This document shows, in pieces, positions 58,135 through 64,000 of a stretch of DNA of 64,000 bases. The stretch's first letter is position 1. Every line of letters starts with the position of its first letter. Position numbers and translations under genes: made by a program. The notes beneath the pieces were generated by a model. It was not told the origin of the DNA. It did no database searches and saw only the letters and a list, made by a program, of their open reading frames with translations. The stretch comes from Sedimentisphaeraceae bacterium JB056 (lineage in GTDB: Bacteria; Planctomycetota; Phycisphaerae; Sedimentisphaerales; Sedimentisphaeraceae): contig JBITAJ010000029.1 in the NCBI GenBank assembly GCA_044440125.1, positions 320,001 to 384,000 of the forward strand, in the 5' to 3' direction.

Positions 58135-60006
58135 TCAGTCTACTATTTTTTCGTTTGACGGTTTTGTAAGGAAAGTGACTATTATCGCAACCAGTGCCGA
58201 GAGCGGCAGGGCGATTATCACCGGGTCGACTACCGACCAGTTTGGTTTGTCGAGAAGCAGTGAGTGTTTCTCGAAGAGTGCGTAGCAGAGGCCGATTGCT
58301 CTTGCTTCCTTATCCTTTATGAACAGCAGCCAGAAAGCTACTACGATCAGTCCGGTAAACATAGATGCTTTTGACGCCGCTCTTGTCATTCTCTTGCAGA
58401 ATAGTGCACCGACGTATGAAGGCAGGAATACTGCGGCACACAGGCCGAAGAATATCGCTGTGATACGTGCGATGATGTAGCCGCCTCTTGCGTAGTGGCT
58501 GAATATAACCGCGATGGTTATTCCGATTATGATGCCGATACGTGTGATTGTGACGGTGTTCTGATTTTTCTTGTGTACAAACTGCTCGTATACATCACGT
58601 CCGATGCTTGTTCCTACCGCGTGGAACTGGCTTGAGAGCGTACTCATTGCGGCCGAAAGCAGTGTCAGCAGGTATATGAGGCCAAACCAACGCGGCATAG
58701 CACTGATGACGTAAGTAGGTATGATACTGCCTGAGTTCATCATCCATTCGCCGGTTTTTGTCTTTACGATTGCTCTTGTGTACGATGTGGCTCTTGGCGA
58801 TACCTCAACCATGCCGTCGCCGAGGTCCTTGATGTCGGCTTGGGGCATTAGTTTTGAGAATGGTATTACTTTTCCGCCTGCCTCAACATCATAGCCGTTG
58901 GCGATAATATTGACATCAGCTTCGCCGTCTCCGACCGTGTCGATGTGGAGAAGTCGGCAAGGTATGCTTTTTACAAGGTCTTTCTCTTTCTTGGCGATTA
59001 CGTTTGTGCGTTCGGTAGTTGCGACGACCTTGCCTGTTATGGTCTCATATTTATAGAAGTAGAGGTTGCTGAGTGAGCCTACTACGAATGCTACGCCTGT
59101 CATAACGAGTATGAAGCAGCCGCCGATAAGTACCGCGCGGTTGAGCTCGCGTTTGCTTTTAACTGTCATGAATCTTACCGCAAGCTGAGGCTGAGCCAGT
59201 ACGCCGATACCGACACCCATGGTTATCGTTGAGATTATGATCCACCATAGATTGTGCTTTTGTTCTCCCCAGCCGAATTCGGGCATTTGCGTCCAGCCCT
59301 TGAAGCCGATGCCGCCAAAGAGTGAGGGCAGGGCACTCATTTCGGTAAGGTCTGTGTGTGCCTTGGTTACTCCGCCAAGTTTCATGTATGTGCATACGAA
59401 TAGTATTATCATGCCTGCGAACATTACCGTACCCTGCAGAGCATCGCTGTATATAACGCCCTTGAGCCCGCCCATTACTACGTAAGCAGCGATTATGACG
59501 CTGAATACCAATAGTGCGGCATGATAGTTGACGGCAAATTTTGCCGCGATGAATTCACATCCGCCGATAAGAACGGCTGCCGCGTAAAGCGGGATGAATA
59601 TGAAGATTATAAGCCCGCAGAAAACCTGAATGAACTTGCTTGAGAATCTTCTGCCTAAAAGTTCGGGGAATGTGTGAGCACCGAGATGGTGGCCGAGTCT
59701 TCTTGTGGGGCCGCCTAAGAATACGAAGGCTATAAAGATTCCGACAAAGACCGTCAGGAATGTCAGCCACAGAAGGCTCATTCCGAACATGCCTGCTACG
59801 CCGCCAAAGCCTACGATCGCACTTGTCGATATAAATGTGGCTCCGTAGCTCATTGCCATTAGAAAGGGGTGTACTTCACGGCCTGCGATGAGGTAATCGA
59901 CGCTGTTTCGAGTTTTTCTGAATCCCAGCCAGCCGAGGTAAAATGTTATCAATAAATACATCAAGACGAATATTGTGTCGCTTAGACTTACTTGTGCCAA
60001 TGTCAT
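58135..60006 (-). CDS. Sodium:solute symporter (SSS family)
   Basis: DYLIAGR, ATFISTSAIVGFGG, GGLKGVIYSDALQG, LAQPQLAVRF, SAAMSTLSSQ. Confidence 0.92.
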   Translation of the reverse strand: MTLAQVSLSDTIFVLMYLLITFYLGWLGFRKTRNSVDYLIAGREVHPFLMAMSYGATFISTSAIVGFGGVAGMFGMSLLWLTFLTVFVGIFIAFVFLGGPTRRLGHHLGAHTFPELLGRRFSSKFIQVFCGLIIFIFIPLYAAAVLIGGCEFIAAKFAVNYHAALLVFSVIIAAYVVMGGLKGVIYSDALQGTVMFAGMIILFVCTYMKLGGVTKAHTDLTEMSALPSLFGGIGFKGWTQMPEFGWGEQKHNLWWIIISTITMGVGIGVLAQPQLAVRFMTVKSKRELNRAVLIGGCFILVMTGVAFVVGSLSNLYFYKYETITGKVVATTERTNVIAKKEKDLVKSIPCRLLHIDTVGDGEADVNIIANGYDVEAGGKVIPFSKLMPQADIKDLGDGMVEVSPRATSYTRAIVKTKTGEWMMNSGSIIPTYVISAMPRWFGLIYLLTLLSAAMSTLSSQFHAVGTSIGRDVYEQFVHKKNQNTVTITRIGIIIGITIAVIFSHYARGGYIIARITAIFFGLCAAVFLPSYVGALFCKRMTRAASKASMFTGLIVVAFWLLFIKDKEARAIGLCYALFEKHSLLLDKPNWSVVDPVIIALPLSALVAIIVTFLTKPSNEKIVD

Positions 60007-60075
60007 AAATTAATCTCCGTTAAGATTTTGGATTAGATGAATTTGAGGATTTGCAGTTTTATCAAATGCCGAGAG

Positions 60076-60246
60076 TTAGAGAACCTCTTCGATTTCCTTC
60101 TCTTCATTTGCCCATTTGATATCACCCGGCTCTACTTCGTCAGAACCTTTGTTCCAGTTTATTATGCCGTAAATAACGCATAATAGAGTGCTTATGACAG
60201 CAAGCCCGTATGCTAATACAACGCCAACACTGTTAATTCCAAACAT
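60076..60246 (-). CDS. Symporter small accessory membrane protein, 56 aa, absent from the ORF track
   Basis: MFGINSVGVVLAYGLAVISTLLCVIYGIINWNKG...KWANEEKEIEEVL; immediately upstream of the SSS gene. Confidence 0.8.
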   Translation of the reverse strand: MFGINSVGVVLAYGLAVISTLLCVIYGIINWNKGSDEVEPGDIKWANEEKEIEEVL

Positions 60247-60550
60247 TAACCTACCCTTTCAATACCACTTTATCAGTTAATAATACCTATACAACACTTA
60301 GGTGTTACTATGAATAGAAACGTATAGTAGCAAATAAGCTGTAAATTGCAAGAATATGTTTCTATTGATCATATAAAAGGGCGGTCTGGATTAAACTGAG
60401 TCATTGTAATACTTAAATTGTTTTGTTCTTGACTTTTAAGTGTTTCTAATCGTATAATTAATTTTCCTATGAGGGTTGTATTGCTGGAAAGTCAGTATTG
60501 GATTGGATTTAGCTTTTCAAGGTTTTTGGAAATTATTTTGTGAGTTAGAT

Positions 60551-63529
60551 ATGAAAAATATATTTGTGTTGTTGTTGTGTTTGTTTTCTTCATTTTGTTT
60601 TGCTGCTTCTGATACACCCGTTGCTCAATTATCAAGTTGGGTCAGCGCATCATCCTATAATGGCGTTTGTACGGTGTCATACAGTTTACAGGGCTCCGAT
60701 AGTGACAGGTTCACTGTCAGTTTGGAAGTAAGCGATGACGGCGGTCAGAGCTATGGCATAATCCCTGCGGCATTGGCGGGTGATTTCGGTTCCGGTATTA
60801 CGCCCGGTTTTCACAAAATTTCATGGGATCACAGCGCCGATCTTCCCGGTGCATATGGCGATGATTACAGGGCAAAGGTCATTGTGCAGAAAGACAGTTA
60901 TCATGGTAGTGAGGATAGTCTTGAGTGGGTTGATATTTATGACAGCGGGAGAATGCACATAACTCCAACTGACTCCCAGTATTATGATATTTACTGGTAT
61001 CTTGGCGGTTTTGACGGCTGGATGAGCAAATATGAGGTAACTAATCAGCAGTATTGCGATTATCTTAATTCTGCTTTATCAAGCGGTGATATTTTTGTTG
61101 AAGGGGGATTTGTTTTTTCGACAGGGCAGACGGACAGCGAAAAATATCTTTTTGTAACGAGAAATGTCAAAACAACGAGCCAGATTACTTACTCTGATGG
61201 TGTTTTCAGTGTTTGCCAGCGGGAAGGAATGCTGAAATTTGATTATGATAATGGGCTTCATTATGAATCTGTGGATATGAGTTTGTATCCGGTTGTTGAG
61301 GTTTCATTTCTTGGTGCTGAGGCTTTTTGCGATTATTACGGTTATTATCTGCCAACCTCAGATCAATGGAGCAGTGTTGCCGACTATGACGGCGAGTCTT
61401 ACGGCGGCGTATATCAGTATGCTTTTGGTAACAGGTTTACTTATAGCGGGATGCCGATGAACTATGGCAGTGTCAGTTCCTGGCATCCCTTAAAAGACCC
61501 GCCGTATATTGAACCGGTTACATTATTCGAGCCGTTTGGTTATGGTCTTTACAATATGTCGGGTAATGTTGCCGAATGGGTGGAGACGTTTTATACTTCA
61601 GGCACAATAGCGGCTGGTGGAAGTTGGGACAGTGAACATTTCAACTGTACGGTGATGGCTATATCGTCTCCTCCATATCTTGGGAGTGATTCAAAGACAG
61701 GATTCAGACCGTGCAGTGCAAGGCGTTCAGTGGAGAGTGATGTATTCTCTATAGATGGAAGAGAGGTTACTATTACTTTTGATGCAGGCAATCACGGCAC
61801 AATTGCAGAGGGTGAATGTTCACAGACTGTCTTTAGCGGGCAGTTCGTAACAGCACCGGTTGTAACACCGGATACAGGATGGTTGTTTGCCGGTTGGGAT
61901 GTCGAGCCGCCTTATAATTGGGGAGGCTTGTTGCATTATCAGGTAACTGAAGATATGACTGTAACCGCTCAATATGAGCTTGAGGCTTATACTGTTACCT
62001 TTGACTCCGGCGAACATGGCAATATTGCGACTGAGAATTTATCTCAGAATGTTCAGTATGGCAGCACGCCTGATTATCCTGAAGTAACACCAGATTATGG
62101 TTGGTTATTTACCGGTTGGGATAATGAGCCTTCTGCAGTTACCGGCGATATGACGATAACGGCTCAATTTGAGGTTAGAACTTATACCGTTACATTTTTG
62201 CCTTATGAATGTGTTGAGGTTATATCAGGTGATCTTGTTCAGCAGGTTCCCCATGGCAGTGATGCCGTCCCGCCGGTAATTGAGGCTAATGATGGCTGGA
62301 TTGTTGAAGGATGGGAGGATGGCTATACGAATATAGATTATAGCAGGGCCATAGGTATGGATGCTATAGAGATACCTGCCGGCACCGGCACTTTGAACGA
62401 CCCTTACCAAATAATAGATTTGAGGCATTTTTCTTTCATTAATGACAATCTTTCCTCGAATTATATCCTTATGGAAGATATATACATGCAGTCTGAGAGT
62501 TATTCGCAGGCGATTATTGCCCCCGGCTCCTCAAAATTTACCGGAACATTCAATGGTAATGGTAAATTTATCTCAAGGATAAATATTGATGGCGGCGATT
62601 CGGGGACAAACCTTGGCTTCTTCGGTACAATATCAGGTTTTGGGGCAAAGGTTTACGATCTTGGCATAATCCACAGTAATCAAGTCTGCGGCTACGACAG
62701 TATTGGAGTGCTTTGCGGACGAGTAGAGTATGGTGCAACTATGTCAAATTGTTATACAGATGGTAATGTGAGGGGTAAAGTTAATCTGGGCGGTCTTTGC
62801 GGATTGAATAGCGGAACAATTGAGAAATGTTATACCACAACATCGGTACTTGGTTTGTTTGAGTATTCCTATGATGAAACCTCTTTTGTAGGCGGTTTTT
62901 GCGGTCAGAATATGGGAACAATAGCGAATTGTTACTCATGGGGTGATGTAGAGGCGGAAAGCTATCTTGGTGGTTTTTGCGGTCTTAATGCGATGGGGTC
63001 TATAAATAATTGTTACTCAACCGGAGCCGTAATCTTGACAAAACCATGGAACAGCGATTATGCCGGCGGCTTCTATGGCGACAATATGGATGGTTTTATT
63101 GAAAACTGTTTCTGGGATTATCAGTCTTCGGGTATCAGTACCAATCCTGCCGTGATAGACCCTGCTACCGGTGAGGTTAATACTTCATGTCCTATGCCCG
63201 AAAAGCTTACGACCGTCCAGCTCAAGGATGCGCAGGCATTGATTGATGCCGGATGGGATTTTGTTAGCGAAACAGCCAATGGCACGGACGATATATGGTA
63301 TCGGCAAACTTACGAATATCCGATATTCAATTGGGACGCGAGTTATGCCGTGGGTGATGTAAATCGCGATAAGTTTGTCAATGAGGTTGATATTTTCATC
63401 TTTGCCGAAGCATGGCTTTCCCAGAGCTATGACTATATGTGCGATATTTATCCTCTCGGCGGCGATGGATATGTAACATATATAGATTTTGCCGTCATGG
63501 CGAGCAACTGGAAGGGCGGGCAAAGATAA
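60551..63529 (+). CDS. Large secreted modular protein: FGE/SUMF1-like domain, InlB-B-like repeats, GLUG domain, dockerin-like tail
   Basis: Signal peptide; KYEVTNQQY, GLYNMSGNVAEW, GFRP; TVTFD.G..GWLFTGW repeats; GGFCG repeats; GDVNRDKFVN. Confidence 0.8.
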   Translation: MKNIFVLLLCLFSSFCFAASDTPVAQLSSWVSASSYNGVCTVSYSLQGSDSDRFTVSLEVSDDGGQSYGIIPAALAGDFGSGITPGFHKISWDHSADLPGAYGDDYRAKVIVQKDSYHGSEDSLEWVDIYDSGRMHITPTDSQYYDIYWYLGGFDGWMSKYEVTNQQYCDYLNSALSSGDIFVEGGFVFSTGQTDSEKYLFVTRNVKTTSQITYSDGVFSVCQREGMLKFDYDNGLHYESVDMSLYPVVEVSFLGAEAFCDYYGYYLPTSDQWSSVADYDGESYGGVYQYAFGNRFTYSGMPMNYGSVSSWHPLKDPPYIEPVTLFEPFGYGLYNMSGNVAEWVETFYTSGTIAAGGSWDSEHFNCTVMAISSPPYLGSDSKTGFRPCSARRSVESDVFSIDGREVTITFDAGNHGTIAEGECSQTVFSGQFVTAPVVTPDTGWLFAGWDVEPPYNWGGLLHYQVTEDMTVTAQYELEAYTVTFDSGEHGNIATENLSQNVQYGSTPDYPEVTPDYGWLFTGWDNEPSAVTGDMTITAQFEVRTYTVTFLPYECVEVISGDLVQQVPHGSDAVPPVIEANDGWIVEGWEDGYTNIDYSRAIGMDAIEIPAGTGTLNDPYQIIDLRHFSFINDNLSSNYILMEDIYMQSESYSQAIIAPGSSKFTGTFNGNGKFISRINIDGGDSGTNLGFFGTISGFGAKVYDLGIIHSNQVCGYDSIGVLCGRVEYGATMSNCYTDGNVRGKVNLGGLCGLNSGTIEKCYTTTSVLGLFEYSYDETSFVGGFCGQNMGTIANCYSWGDVEAESYLGGFCGLNAMGSINNCYSTGAVILTKPWNSDYAGGFYGDNMDGFIENCFWDYQSSGISTNPAVIDPATGEVNTSCPMPEKLTTVQLKDAQALIDAGWDFVSETANGTDDIWYRQTYEYPIFNWDASYAVGDVNRDKFVNEVDIFIFAEAWLSQSYDYMCDIYPLGGDGYVTYIDFAVMASNWKGGQR

Positions 63530-63811
63530 GTTCTGATTTTTGATGTTCGTAAAGGCTTTCCGAGAAAAGTGCTTGAGTTTCAACAAAAGTCCTAATATTG
63601 CTATTTAAATATCTTGTTTTTTTTATTAAAGCATGTTTTTGTGTTTTAATTCTTTATTGATTATGTTAAGCTGAACAAAGGTATTAGTGGTTTACGTTAT
63701 CTTTTAAAATATCGTACAGGTACCGGTGGAGTAATATGCAGGGGAATTCAGCTTGTTGATTTAGCATCTATATTAAGCCAAACGAATAAAAATTTTCAGG
63801 AGGATCAATAT

Positions 63812-64000
63812 GTTTTCTGCTTGGTCTTGGCGGGATTGCGGTTGTCCGCAGGTGGGAGCTGTCCTACTATGACTAACTGTACTATCGCAGGTAATTCGGC
63901 GACTGGTAATGGTGGGGGTGTTTATGTTGATACTCAATTGCAAAACCAGAGCCTTGATATAGCTAATAGTATTTTGTGGGCAAACTCTGATGTCAGCGGC
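63812..64000 (+). other. Partial beta-helix (Pmp-like repeat) coding segment, no clear start, runs off the window
   Basis: Frame reads PTMTNCTIAGNSATGNGGGVYV..IANSILWANS; open from about 63650 with no upstream ATG or signal peptide. Confidence 0.5.

Noticed and set aside
61000..61720. FGE/SUMF1 (CLec-fold) domain as a diversity-generating retroelement target
   Set aside because: No reverse transcriptase or template repeat seen in the window, and the domain is internal

Overview
64 kb of an AT-leaning bacterial chromosome, most likely an anaerobic planctomycete (Phycisphaerae/Sedimentisphaerales-like). This is inferred from a DUF1549/1553-DUF1501-PPC operon, a DUF1559-type prepilin protein, a Tat sulfatase, GLUG/dockerin-tailed secreted proteins and an ECF sigma factor with a large anti-sigma factor. 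Housekeeping genes: cca, rsmD, ftsQ-like, ddl, three tRNAs without encoded CCA, rpmB, gatCAB, panD, lgt. The [FeFe]-hydrogenase maturases hydG and hydF lie 37 kb apart. The centre holds a group II Mo-nitrogenase locus, nifA-nifH-nifI1-nifI2-nifD-nifK-(divergent nifB)-ferredoxin, which lacks nifE and nifN and whose NifB has lost several signature motifs. Three sigma54 -24/-12 promoters are visible. A non-canonical GTGAAA-N4-TTTCAC palindrome precedes both nifH and a downstream prepilin/secreted protein/MFS operon, suggesting an undescribed nif-coregulated uptake system. Other points: a small accessory island (class III cyclase-like gene, membrane-protein cassettes between GGGGACAG-type palindromic repeats, a RAYT transposase remnant), an AcrR-like operator over the tetR-hydG promoter, two small genes missing from the ORF track, a DtxR-like box and an attenuator-like panD leader. 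All calls come from motif recognition by eye; no searches were run.
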